Positions 48,051 through 57,262 are shown, numbered from the stretch's first letter. The stretch is 64,000 nt of DNA from an uncultured Candidatus Saccharibacteria bacterium (GCA_964407105.1 CAYOUG010000003.1:8393-72392); one strand, 5' to 3'. Notes: generated by a model not told the origin, from the letters alone. Numbers and translations: made by a program.

Positions 48051-48330
48051 GAAAAACCCCCACCTTTTCGTCCATACTACTCGGACAAGAAAGGAGGGGG
48101 CTGGGCAAGGTCTTTTCGATGTGTGTGTTCTCTCTCAATCAACATGGACCCGACATAGATGGAGAGGCACCAACGGTCTGCGCCGTCGATGACTTACGAC
48201 CAAGAAATGTTTCAATAAGGTGGCACAACCATCAGAAAGATTCCCCAAACTCGGAGGCACACCAGAATCAACGAGATCTTGGATAACACCAACGCTCAGA
48301 GGGACCCCGACAAAGAAGTTCCGAGCATTG
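48051..48330 (-). ncRNA. Candidate structured ncRNA (~280 nt) or decayed gene
   Basis: GC-richer intergenic stretch with consecutive G.U-containing hairpins, a GC-rich terminator at 48051-48100 and no credible ORF. Confidence 0.35.
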
Positions 48331-48372
48331 TCACACCAAAAAGAACTGCTTAATATCAAGATATCACCCCCA

Positions 48373-49386
48373 TTACCTTTTTGCAATAATAGTCTTTTTG
48401 TAAACGTCCAAATGTTCAAGAGCAATTCCAGTACCTTTTGCTACACAAAAAAGAGCGTCATCGGCAAGTTTTGCCTTCACACCCGTGCGACGATAAATAA
48501 GGTCTGGTAAATTGCGAAGCTGAGAAGATCCACCCGTCATAATAATGCCGTTGTCGATAATATCTGAGGCAAGCTCTGGTGGAGTATCCTGAAACACATC
48601 TTTAATTGCTTTTACAATTTCCCGAAGCTCTTTGTTTATTGCTTTTACAATTTCGTTTGTTTTAATTTCAATAGAACGAGGAAGGCCGGTGACGAAGTCA
48701 CGACCCTTAATAGTAACTGAGAGTTCCTCATCAAGCGGAATCGCTGAACCCACTTTTATTTTTATATCCTCAGCGGTTTTATCTCCAATACCAAGATTAA
48801 ATTGTTTTTTAATATAATCAGTAATCGCATAATCAATTTTATTGCCAGCGCATTTTACAGAAGTAGCTGCCACAATTCCGCCAAGAGAAATTACTGCCAC
48901 GTCTGTAGTACCACCACCAATATCTACAACCATATGCCCGAGTGCTTCTTGAATAGAAATGCCAGCACCAATAGCTGCGAGAATTGGTTCTTTCACCACG
49001 TACGCATTTTTTGCACCAGCACGTATCGCGGCCTCCACCACCGCACGACGCTCAGTAGATGTCACACCAGCAGGTACAGACACAAGCACTTCGGGTTTAA
49101 TAAGATTCCACTTTCCAAGCGCTTTGTTTATATAGTATCGAAGCATCGCTTCGGTTACGCGATAATCTGCAATCACCCCGTCTTTCATAGGACGATATGC
49201 AATGATGTTGTCTGGAGTGCGACCGATCATTGCTTTTGCTTCCAAACCAATCGCCATAATTTTATTGTCTTCCTCAGACACCGCCACCACAGACGGCTCG
49301 TTTAGCACAATTCCCTTACCCGGCACAAATACGAGCGTGCTTGTGGTGCCCAAATCAATTCCAAGTTTTTTTGAAAAAAATGCCAT
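48373..49386 (-). CDS. mreB: Second MreB/Mbl paralog
   Basis: LGIDLGTT, EPSVVA, DIGGGTTD, MTGGSS; stand-alone. Confidence 0.92.
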   Translation of the reverse strand: MAFFSKKLGIDLGTTSTLVFVPGKGIVLNEPSVVAVSEEDNKIMAIGLEAKAMIGRTPDNIIAYRPMKDGVIADYRVTEAMLRYYINKALGKWNLIKPEVLVSVPAGVTSTERRAVVEAAIRAGAKNAYVVKEPILAAIGAGISIQEALGHMVVDIGGGTTDVAVISLGGIVAATSVKCAGNKIDYAITDYIKKQFNLGIGDKTAEDIKIKVGSAIPLDEELSVTIKGRDFVTGLPRSIEIKTNEIVKAINKELREIVKAIKDVFQDTPPELASDIIDNGIIMTGGSSQLRNLPDLIYRRTGVKAKLADDALFCVAKGTGIALEHLDVYKKTIIAKR

Positions 49387-49437
49387 AGTGATGGCACTAT
49401 CATAAGGGTTTTAATGGAGTTTTACAAATATATAGAA

Positions 49438-49470
49438 AAGAAAAAGCCGCACCTTTTTAAAGCGCGGCAA
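49438..49470 (-). terminator. Intrinsic terminator
   Basis: Minus strand reads GCCGCGC-TTTAAAAAG-GTGCGGC followed by TTTTT. Confidence 0.65.
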
Positions 49471-49497
49471 AATGAGTACGGAAACCAGTGTCAGTAG

Positions 49498-49977
49498 TCA
49501 GAGTAAACGACGGTTTGAGAAGTCTGTTCCTTCGTAACGCTCGAGAGAAACTTCTTCGGCATCATGAAGCCTTCTCCTGGACACATCGATATATCTCAAG
49601 GGCCCATCGACCAAATAAGTCCACATGGCAAGATAGCCACATCTCTCAATCACGAAGGTGCTCAGAGGAGAGCCATCAGTGGGAAACCAAACATTGCCTT
49701 GAGGCAAACTGTTTTGGATTTGTCGACAAAGAACTTTTCCAGAGAATGGTGCGACAATCCCATGCCTGTTGCCATCAAGCACATACTGACCGTGAATATC
49801 AGTCCAAACCTCTTTCACAAAACAACCACCAATTTCCCAGAAGAAACTCCTCGCCTTACGATCAGACTTAACAGTAAGATCTATGAAATCGATTCGTTTT
49901 CCAAGAACAATCTCGATAACTCGACGAGACGCCTCAATAGCAGCAGTTGCAGACGACACAATTTCAACTTTCGGCAT
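49498..49977 (-). CDS. GC-richer orphan hypothetical protein (159 aa)
   Basis: AGGAG SD before MPKVEI; has its own promoter and terminator. Confidence 0.65.
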   Translation of the reverse strand: MPKVEIVSSATAAIEASRRVIEIVLGKRIDFIDLTVKSDRKARSFFWEIGGCFVKEVWTDIHGQYVLDGNRHGIVAPFSGKVLCRQIQNSLPQGNVWFPTDGSPLSTFVIERCGYLAMWTYLVDGPLRYIDVSRRRLHDAEEVSLERYEGTDFSNRRLL

Positions 49978-50050
49978 TTCTATCTCCTGTCTCAGGAAAT
50001 CATGAGGAACAATTTCACTCATGGCCACCGTCACAGTGGCATTAAAAATA

Positions 50051-50079
50051 ATAATACAGTATAAAATTATATTTGTCAA
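50051..50079 (-). promoter_or_regulatory. sigma70-type promoter
   Basis: TTGACA-N17-TATTAT. Confidence 0.7.
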
Positions 50080-50087
50080 AATTAGAA

Positions 50088-50196
50088 AATCTCAAAACCA
50101 TGTTGAGAAAAGCATCGCGCAGGGGCGACGGCCCCGAGCGTAGCAGCAATCGCAACAGCGATTGACGCGTGGTTTTCGAAACACGGTTTTGAGATT
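50088..50196. repeat. Branched palindromic (REP/MITE-like) element
   Basis: AATCTCAAAACC / GGTTTTGAGATT outer IR with an imperfect extension, enclosing GGGGC-GACG-GCCCC, GCGTAGC and CAATCGC-AACA-GCGATTG. Confidence 0.85.
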
Positions 50197-50212
50197 GACA
50201 ACATTGAACAAC

Positions 50213-50228
50213 ATAGCACATATGCTAT
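50213..50228. promoter_or_regulatory. Palindromic operator candidate overlapping the murA -10 box
   Basis: ATAGCA-CATA-TGCTAT overlapping TG-C-TATACT (-10 box 50226-50231). Confidence 0.6.
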
Positions 50229-50237
50229 ACTTTCCTC

Positions 50238-51749
50238 ATGTCTACATCATCAAACCCACTCGCCAAACTTATTGCCAATCTTCGTGAGGAAAGAGGAATT
50301 ACTCAAGAACAATTTGCCAAAAAACTTGGCACCACACAAAGCGCCATTGCTCGCATTGAAAAAGGAGAGCAAAACCTTACCACCGAAATGATCGCAAAGA
50401 TTAGTGAAGCGCTCAATCATGATATTGTTCAACTTTCTACTGGAGCTATAAACATAGAAATAGAGGGTGGCAAAAAACTATCTGGAGAAATTATTACAAA
50501 AACTTCAAAAAATGGCGCAATGGGAATTCTTTGTGCTTCCCTTCTAAATAAAAACACCACCCTCATAAAAAATGTTCCAAAAATAGAAGAGGTGCATCGT
50601 ATGATAGAAGTACTACAAAGTATTGGTGTACATGTATTATGGCGAGGTAATGATTTAGAAATCGCACCCCCAGAAAAACTTTCACTTGAAAAAATCGACA
50701 TTGCTGCTGCAGAAAAAACCCGAAGCATTATCATGCTTATTGGGCCACTCATTCACCTCCTCTCTTCATTTTCACTACCCCAGCCGGGTGGATGCAAACT
50801 CGGCTCACGCACAGTACGCCCACATTTTTTTGCCCTTGAAAAACTTGGTGTAAAAATAAAAACAACATCAGAACACTACGAAGTAAAAGTACCAAAACTT
50901 AAAGCAAACGAAATTGTACTTTACGAAAGTGGAGACACGGTAACAGAAAACGTACTTATGGCAGCGGCGCGCATAGACGGTGTGACCACCATTAAATTTG
51001 CTTCAGCCAATTACATGGGGCAAGAGCTTTGTTTTTTTCTTGAAAAACTTGGCGTAAAAGTAGAAGGTATAGGCACCACAACACTTGTCGTGCATGGAAA
51101 AAAAGATATCGATGTGCCGGTTACATATTATTTAAGTGAAGATCCTATCGAATCAATGTTTTTCATTACGGTAGCTATTGTTACCAATTCTTCTATTACC
51201 ATCAAACGTTGCCCTATCGACTTTTTAGAAATCGAACTTTTGAAGCTTGAAAAAATGGGATTTAAATATAAAATTTTAAAAAAATACAAAGCAGAAAATG
51301 GTCATACAAATCTTGTAGATATAAAAACAGCGCCTTCAAAACTCACAGCACTCGAAGAAAAAATAGAATGCCGACCATACCCCGGTCTAAATATAGACAA
51401 CCTTCCTTTTTTTGCAGTTATTGCAACCCAAACAAAAGGTACCACATTTATTCATGATTGGGTTTATGAAAAACGTGCGGTGCACTACAAAGAACTCGAC
51501 AAACTTGGAGCTGATACACTTCTTGCCGATCCACACCGCATGTATATCACCGGTCCCACCAAACTTAAGCCAGCAGAAGTGATATGTCCACCCGCCCTTC
51601 GTCCTGCCGCAATCATTCTTATAGGCATGCTTGGTGCTCAAGGTCGTTCGGTTTTACGCAATATTTACAGTATTAATCGAGGTTATGAAGATATTATTGT
51701 GCGTCTAAATAGTATTGGTGCAAAAATAAAAATATTGCGAGAGTTGTAA
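50238..51749 (+). CDS. murA: XRE-HTH fused UDP-GlcNAc 1-carboxyvinyltransferase
   Basis: N-terminal HTH (LREERGITQEQFAKKLGTTQSAIARIEKG) followed by MurA motifs SKN, PGGCKLGSR, PYPG, ALR, RGYE. Confidence 0.92.
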   Translation: MSTSSNPLAKLIANLREERGITQEQFAKKLGTTQSAIARIEKGEQNLTTEMIAKISEALNHDIVQLSTGAINIEIEGGKKLSGEIITKTSKNGAMGILCASLLNKNTTLIKNVPKIEEVHRMIEVLQSIGVHVLWRGNDLEIAPPEKLSLEKIDIAAAEKTRSIIMLIGPLIHLLSSFSLPQPGGCKLGSRTVRPHFFALEKLGVKIKTTSEHYEVKVPKLKANEIVLYESGDTVTENVLMAAARIDGVTTIKFASANYMGQELCFFLEKLGVKVEGIGTTTLVVHGKKDIDVPVTYYLSEDPIESMFFITVAIVTNSSITIKRCPIDFLEIELLKLEKMGFKYKILKKYKAENGHTNLVDIKTAPSKLTALEEKIECRPYPGLNIDNLPFFAVIATQTKGTTFIHDWVYEKRAVHYKELDKLGADTLLADPHRMYITGPTKLKPAEVICPPALRPAAIILIGMLGAQGRSVLRNIYSINRGYEDIIVRLNSIGAKIKILREL

Positions 51750-51771
51750 GTAACCATTAGTATTGAGGATA

Positions 51772-53700
51772 ATGAAAGTCGTCCATGTAATTCCAATTTC
51801 CAAAGGCATTCTCTCAGAACGTTTGTCATATTTTACTTCTCAAGACGTACCGCTTGGAAGTACGGTTTCTGTTCCTTTGCGCAAAAAAATTGTGCACGCA
51901 ATAGTTGTTGAAAAAGAAGATGTGAGTGATATAAAATCAAACTTAAAATCTTCGACTTTCGCCTTACGAAAAATGGAGAATGTAGAAAGTCATGAACTTT
52001 TAAGTGAAGAGTTTATTGAGAGCGTAAAAGAAACCGCTGATTATTACGCTTCTTCCACGGGTAGTTTGCTTCACACACTTGTTCCAAAAATTCTTCTTTC
52101 AAATTTAAATAGTATTAAAAATTTAAGTAACGATAAGAAAGAAAATATAGAAAAAGGGGGCGCGAGCGAAGCGAGCGCCGAACAACTCGTATTACAAGCA
52201 GACGATGAAGAACGTTTTGCAAATTACAAAAGTCTAATTCGAGAAGAATTTGCTCAACACACATCTGTGTTTGTTTGTGTACCCACAATAGAAGATGTAA
52301 AAAAAGCACAAACTGCACTTGAAAAAGGTATCGAAAAATACACCTATACATTTCACAGCGGTCTCACAAAAAAAGAGTTTATTGAATCTTGGAACAAACT
52401 TTTCGAAGAAACACACCCCGTACTTATTGTTGCCACAGGACAATATATTTGCATACCACGTAAAGATGTAAAAACAATTATTGTTGAGCGTGAAGGTTCG
52501 CGCGCATACAAAACACCCGCTAAACCATTTATAGATATTCGTACATTTGTTGGTATTTATGCAAAAAAAACACATGCCAAGCTTTTACTTGGCGACATGC
52601 TTTTACGTGCCGAAACAATTTGGAAACTAAAAAACGATGAGTTTGTAGAATTTTCACCACTTAAATTTAGATCGGTTACAAGCGCTGAGCAAATAATTGT
52701 CGATACAAGAAAAAGTGACAAAGAAGACGATCAAAAAAACAAATCATTCACAGTATTATCTGAAGAAATAAAAAAACTTATAGAGTGGAACAAAGAACGC
52801 AGTGAAAATTTATTTATTTTTTGTGTACGCAAAGGACTTGCACCACTCACAATATGTGGTGATTGTGGAATGGTCGCTACGTGTAGTGTGTGTAGTGCTC
52901 CTGTGGTACTACATGGTGGTGCAAACGCTGAGGAGGAGAGATATTTTGAATGTCATACGTGTGGCAAAAGACGAAGCACAAAGGAACTCTGTAAAAATTG
53001 TCAGAGCTGGAAACTCACCACACTTGGTGTTGGTATTGAACTTATTGAACATGAAATAAAAGCTCTTTTTCCTGGGGTTAAAGTATTTCGTCTCGACACA
53101 CAAATAGCAACCACGCATAAAAAAGCAACCGACATTGTAAATAAATTTTATAATACACCCGGAAGTGTTTTACTTGGCACCGAAATGGCCCTTTTGTATT
53201 TAAATAAATCAATTGAAAACACGGCGGTAGCCTCAATCGATTCCCTATTTTCTCTTCCAGACTTTCGTGTTGGAGAAAAAATTCTTTCAATCTTATTAAA
53301 AATCCGTTCCATTGCAAAAGAAAATTTTGTACTTCAAACACGCAATCCTGAAGAAAAAATTTTTGATTATGCAATAAAAGGCAACCTCGCTGATTTTTAT
53401 CGCGATGAAATAGAGGAAAGAAAAGCGTTTGGTTATCCCCCATTTTCAGTGTTTATAAAAATCACCCTACAAGGAGAAGAAAAAACCGTCGAAACAGAAA
53501 TGAAAAGAGTGGCAGCTCTTTGTGCACCATACGAAACAGATATTTTTACGGCACTTACATCACGTATAAAAAATAAACATGTCATGCACGCTCTAATAAA
53601 AATACCACGCGAAGATTGGGTAGATCAAAAACTTTTAGCAACACTTCGCAAATTACCACCACAATATATGATAAAGGTTGATCCAGAGAGTATTTTGTAG
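51772..53700 (+). CDS. priA: Primosomal protein N' with degenerate helicase motifs
   Basis: V.VPL 3'-binding domain, four CxxC, G.GIE, LQTRNPE, ER..FGYPPF, VDP; Walker A/B not conserved. Confidence 0.85.
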   Translation: MKVVHVIPISKGILSERLSYFTSQDVPLGSTVSVPLRKKIVHAIVVEKEDVSDIKSNLKSSTFALRKMENVESHELLSEEFIESVKETADYYASSTGSLLHTLVPKILLSNLNSIKNLSNDKKENIEKGGASEASAEQLVLQADDEERFANYKSLIREEFAQHTSVFVCVPTIEDVKKAQTALEKGIEKYTYTFHSGLTKKEFIESWNKLFEETHPVLIVATGQYICIPRKDVKTIIVEREGSRAYKTPAKPFIDIRTFVGIYAKKTHAKLLLGDMLLRAETIWKLKNDEFVEFSPLKFRSVTSAEQIIVDTRKSDKEDDQKNKSFTVLSEEIKKLIEWNKERSENLFIFCVRKGLAPLTICGDCGMVATCSVCSAPVVLHGGANAEEERYFECHTCGKRRSTKELCKNCQSWKLTTLGVGIELIEHEIKALFPGVKVFRLDTQIATTHKKATDIVNKFYNTPGSVLLGTEMALLYLNKSIENTAVASIDSLFSLPDFRVGEKILSILLKIRSIAKENFVLQTRNPEEKIFDYAIKGNLADFYRDEIEERKAFGYPPFSVFIKITLQGEEKTVETEMKRVAALCAPYETDIFTALTSRIKNKHVMHALIKIPREDWVDQKLLATLRKLPPQYMIKVDPESIL

Positions 53701-53716
53701 TATATAATTGAACAAC

Positions 53717-54232
53717 ATGAATATAATTGTCCAAAAAAATGATCCCGTATTGCGAGCAAAGGTGTCTCTTGTGCCAACAAAAGACATTACTTCAGATCGT
53801 ATTAAAAGTGTGATTGCTCAAATGAAAGAGGCCCTTTTGTCTCAAGATGATGGTGTAGCTATAGCCGCACCACAAATTGGCGAGTCTCTAGCAATATTTG
53901 TCGTATCCCATAAAGTTTTTGCTATGGAAAAAGATGATGAGAAAAACCTAAACAAATACAGTGATATGATTTTTATAAATCCAGAAATAAAAAAACTTTC
54001 AAAAACCACAAAAATGCTCGAAGAAGGTTGTTTGAGTGTTAGATATCTATATGGAAAAGTAAGACGTTCAACAAAAGCAATGATAGAGGCCTACGACGAA
54101 AATGGAAAAAAATTTACAAAGGGCGCAAGCGGGATTCTTGCACAAATATTTCAACACGAAACAGATCATTTAAATGGGGTGCTTTTTACCGATAAAGCTG
54201 TTGCACTTGAAGAAATTCCACCAAAAAATTAA
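53717..54232 (+). CDS. def: Peptide deformylase
   Basis: GVAIAAPQIG, EGCLS, QHETDHLNG. Confidence 0.96.
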   Translation: MNIIVQKNDPVLRAKVSLVPTKDITSDRIKSVIAQMKEALLSQDDGVAIAAPQIGESLAIFVVSHKVFAMEKDDEKNLNKYSDMIFINPEIKKLSKTTKMLEEGCLSVRYLYGKVRRSTKAMIEAYDENGKKFTKGASGILAQIFQHETDHLNGVLFTDKAVALEEIPPKN

Positions 54233-54268
54233 TACTGGTTTGATTTTTATACACCTTTTTATAAACCA

Positions 54269-55165
54269 ATGAATAATCCAAAAAAAAATATAGATATTAA
54301 ATTTACATTTTTTGGAACATCTAATTTTTCCGTATATGTTCTTGATGCTCTTAAAGAAAAAGGATTAATACCATCAAACATAGTAACCACACCAGACAAA
54401 CCACAAGGTCGCAATTTAATACTTACACCATCACCAGTAAAAGTATGGGCAATGGAACACAACATTCCTTTTATTCAACCAGAAAAACTTCGCGAAAAAC
54501 CACAAAATACAATCCCAAAAGAATTATTTGAAACATTACAAAGTTATAAAAGCGATGTTTTTATCGTAGCTTCATATGGAAATATTATTCCACAAGAAAT
54601 ACTTGATATTCCCTCACACAAAACACTCAATGTTCATCCATCTTTATTGCCAAAACTTCGTGGAGCATCACCCTTGCAAAGTGCAATTTTACACGAAGAA
54701 AAAACAGGTGTCACCATTATGCGTTTAGACGACAAAATGGATCATGGGCCTATAGTGGCACAAGAAAATGTAGAGGTGTCACCGTGGCCACCACACTACG
54801 GAACACTTGAAAAGCTTCTTGGCGTGAGTGGTGGCCACCTTCTTGCTAACACACTTCCAGCATGGATTGCCGGAGAGGTTGTTGAACAAGAACAAAATCA
54901 TAACATTGCCACTTACACCAAAAAAATTGAAAAAATCGATGGAGAGATAAATCTTGCCGACGATCCACAAACAAATCTTCGAAAAATCTATGCTTTTGAA
55001 CAGTGGCCTAATACATATTTTTTTGTAGAAAAACAAAACAACACAAAGGTCCGCGTCATCATTAAAGACGCTCGTATCAACGAAAAAGGAGAACTAGAAA
55101 TCACACGGATTATACCTGAGGGGAAAAAAGAAATGAATTATCGAGATTTTCTAAAAGGATTATAA
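54269..55165 (+). CDS. fmt: Methionyl-tRNA formyltransferase
   Basis: FFGTS.F, PDKPQGR, NVHPSLLPKLRGASP, MDHGPI. Confidence 0.96.
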   Translation: MNNPKKNIDIKFTFFGTSNFSVYVLDALKEKGLIPSNIVTTPDKPQGRNLILTPSPVKVWAMEHNIPFIQPEKLREKPQNTIPKELFETLQSYKSDVFIVASYGNIIPQEILDIPSHKTLNVHPSLLPKLRGASPLQSAILHEEKTGVTIMRLDDKMDHGPIVAQENVEVSPWPPHYGTLEKLLGVSGGHLLANTLPAWIAGEVVEQEQNHNIATYTKKIEKIDGEINLADDPQTNLRKIYAFEQWPNTYFFVEKQNNTKVRVIIKDARINEKGELEITRIIPEGKKEMNYRDFLKGL

Positions 55166-55515
55166 AAACCCTTAATAATATTTTTTATTGTTGCACCGCC
55201 GCGACGCAAAAGTGTTTGGCGTTTTGTTTTATGAGATTTCATAGCTGCCATTATTTCATCTTTCACCTCATCAATAGAAGCGTGCAATGAATTGGTTTCT
55301 GAAACAGCGCGAAAATCTTTACCCTTTGTATTACAATTTATTTCTGCACGAAAAATATCTCCGCCGGTGTGATGATTGGTTGTACGTCCAAGTTCTATTT
55401 CACAAAACATCTGATCATCGTTTACAATTTTTTCAAGAGCTACAAGTTTTTTGTCCAAATAATCTGATGTCTCTGGCGCAATAACGATATTTGTTGCTTT
55501 GATATTTGTTTTCAT
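55138..55515 (-). CDS. hpf: Ribosome hibernation factor (short HPF/RaiA)
   Basis: S30AE fold pattern (Y..KKL..LEK, FRAEIN, LHASIDEV). Confidence 0.85.
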   Translation of the reverse strand: MKTNIKATNIVIAPETSDYLDKKLVALEKIVNDDQMFCEIELGRTTNHHTGGDIFRAEINCNTKGKDFRAVSETNSLHASIDEVKDEIMAAMKSHKTKRQTLLRRGGATIKNIIKGFYNPFRKSR

Positions 55516-55537
55516 ACTTCAAGTATAACAACAAGGA

Positions 55538-55762
55538 TTAGTCTAAATCAACTGACACAATTTTACTTGGTGAATGGTGGCCAGAAATAATGCGTATTTT
55601 GCCTATGGGTAAAGAAAAGTGGTTTGCTACAAGCTCACGAATACGCACATTAGCCATATTTTGCTTTGCTTTTTCTCTTACTGAAATTTTAAAATGATCG
55701 GTAGATATTTTTTCTAATAATTCTTTTTTCGCACCAGCTAAGGCACGTATTTTTACATACAT
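55538..55762 (-). CDS. DUF167 (YggU) family protein
   Basis: AN..I.EL.A.HF and IISGHHSPSK. Confidence 0.85.
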   Translation of the reverse strand: MYVKIRALAGAKKELLEKISTDHFKISVREKAKQNMANVRIRELVANHFSLPIGKIRIISGHHSPSKIVSVDLD

Positions 55763-55765
55763 ACT

Positions 55766-56662
55766 TTAATCAAAAATACTTACAAGATATTTGTCGATAT
55801 CTCGCTGATCCATATCATAGAAAAACATATCTTTTTTATGCAAATAACGTGCTAAATCTTCGCCAACAAAACGCCAATGCCAAGGTTCAAATTGATAATA
55901 TGCATTATTTTTTGGATATGAAAGTACAAAACCATATTTATAAGCATTTTTAGTCAGCCACTTATACTCAGCCGTGACATCAAAACCAACAAAGGGCGTA
56001 CCTGTGGCAGAAACAAAATCAACGGTTGTACCGAGCTGATGTTCAGAATATCCCTGATCTGCTGAAAATTGATTTGCTGTACCAACACCATAAATAACTT
56101 TGTAATTTGTTTTCAAATTCACCTGATCACCAAAAGAACGATACGCCGAAGCAATTTTAAGATTAACATTGTCTTCGATTGAAGTTTCCAACAAATCTTC
56201 TAGATGTGGCAATACTTCTGTGTGAATTTGTTCTGGCTTTTTTTTATCATACAAATATTTCTCATCTATATCTTCTGGATTTTTAGGAGCGTAATGTTCA
56301 TTTAGAAAAAAGACTTTAGAATATTTCTTCAAAAGTTCTGGATCTAATTTACTTAGTTTTTCAAGTGTACCAACAGTTTTTGAGATGTCTTCAATTTCTT
56401 GACCAAAATCGCCGATTTTTGCTTTTTCGGCTGCAAGCGCATCAGAAAGTTCTGAATTGTCATGTTGTGCTTGAGAAAGTAAACCTTCAAGTTCTATGGT
56501 TTTTATTTGAGCCATTTCGGTTGTGCTTGCAAGTTTTGTTTGTGTTTCTTTCAAAAGAGACACATTTTCTATAAATTTCCAACCACCAAAAGCACCCAGA
56601 ACAACAAACAAAATAATAACAATGTATGGTATATAGTTTTTTGTATTATTTATATTTTGCAT
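55766..56662 (-). CDS. M15B (VanY-like) D,D-carboxypeptidase with TM and coiled coil
   Basis: SAYRS, SEHQLGTTVD, EPWHWRFVG. Confidence 0.9.
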   Translation of the reverse strand: MQNINNTKNYIPYIVIILFVVLGAFGGWKFIENVSLLKETQTKLASTTEMAQIKTIELEGLLSQAQHDNSELSDALAAEKAKIGDFGQEIEDISKTVGTLEKLSKLDPELLKKYSKVFFLNEHYAPKNPEDIDEKYLYDKKKPEQIHTEVLPHLEDLLETSIEDNVNLKIASAYRSFGDQVNLKTNYKVIYGVGTANQFSADQGYSEHQLGTTVDFVSATGTPFVGFDVTAEYKWLTKNAYKYGFVLSYPKNNAYYQFEPWHWRFVGEDLARYLHKKDMFFYDMDQRDIDKYLVSIFD

Positions 56663-56671
56663 TTTTATATA

Positions 56672-57262
56672 TTATAGTTCTTCACCCACATCAACCGCAT
56701 TTGTCAAAACTCTTTTTATAAATCTAGAAATAACATTTATCAGTATAATAACAGCAACTATACACACTGCCAAAAGAAGTTCATAACGCCTAAAACGACC
56801 GAGCATTGATTCTAATACACCACCAACAAAATAACCAGCAGTACCAAAAATACTTACCCACACAAGGGCGCCCAAAGAATTCCAAAAAAAGAATATTTTT
56901 GCGGAAGTTTTAGACATTCCAAGACTAAAAGGAATAATATGCCTAAAACCATACATAAATCTCATCAAAAAAGAGAGGGTGGCTGGTTTTTTGGCCACAA
57001 TGGCTATAGGTTTACCAAGAAATTTTTTCAACCACCCAACGTGTCCAAAAATAAATTCCCCCCGATATCGCCCAATCAAAAACCATCCCCAATCATTACA
57101 AAGAGTGGCAAGCAGTGCATAAAAAATAATCCATGGAAAAGATAAGTAATCTTGATTAGACAAAAAACCAGAAAGCAAAACCACCGTCTCACCCTCAACA
57201 ATAGAGCCCAAGAAAATAGCTAAATACCCATAAGTATCAACAAATACAGAAAGACTGTGCAT
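56672..57262 (-). CDS. DedA family membrane protein
   Basis: YGYLAIF.G...EGET, RFMYGFR. Confidence 0.88.
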   Translation of the reverse strand: MHSLSVFVDTYGYLAIFLGSIVEGETVVLLSGFLSNQDYLSFPWIIFYALLATLCNDWGWFLIGRYRGEFIFGHVGWLKKFLGKPIAIVAKKPATLSFLMRFMYGFRHIIPFSLGMSKTSAKIFFFWNSLGALVWVSIFGTAGYFVGGVLESMLGRFRRYELLLAVCIVAVIILINVISRFIKRVLTNAVDVGEEL

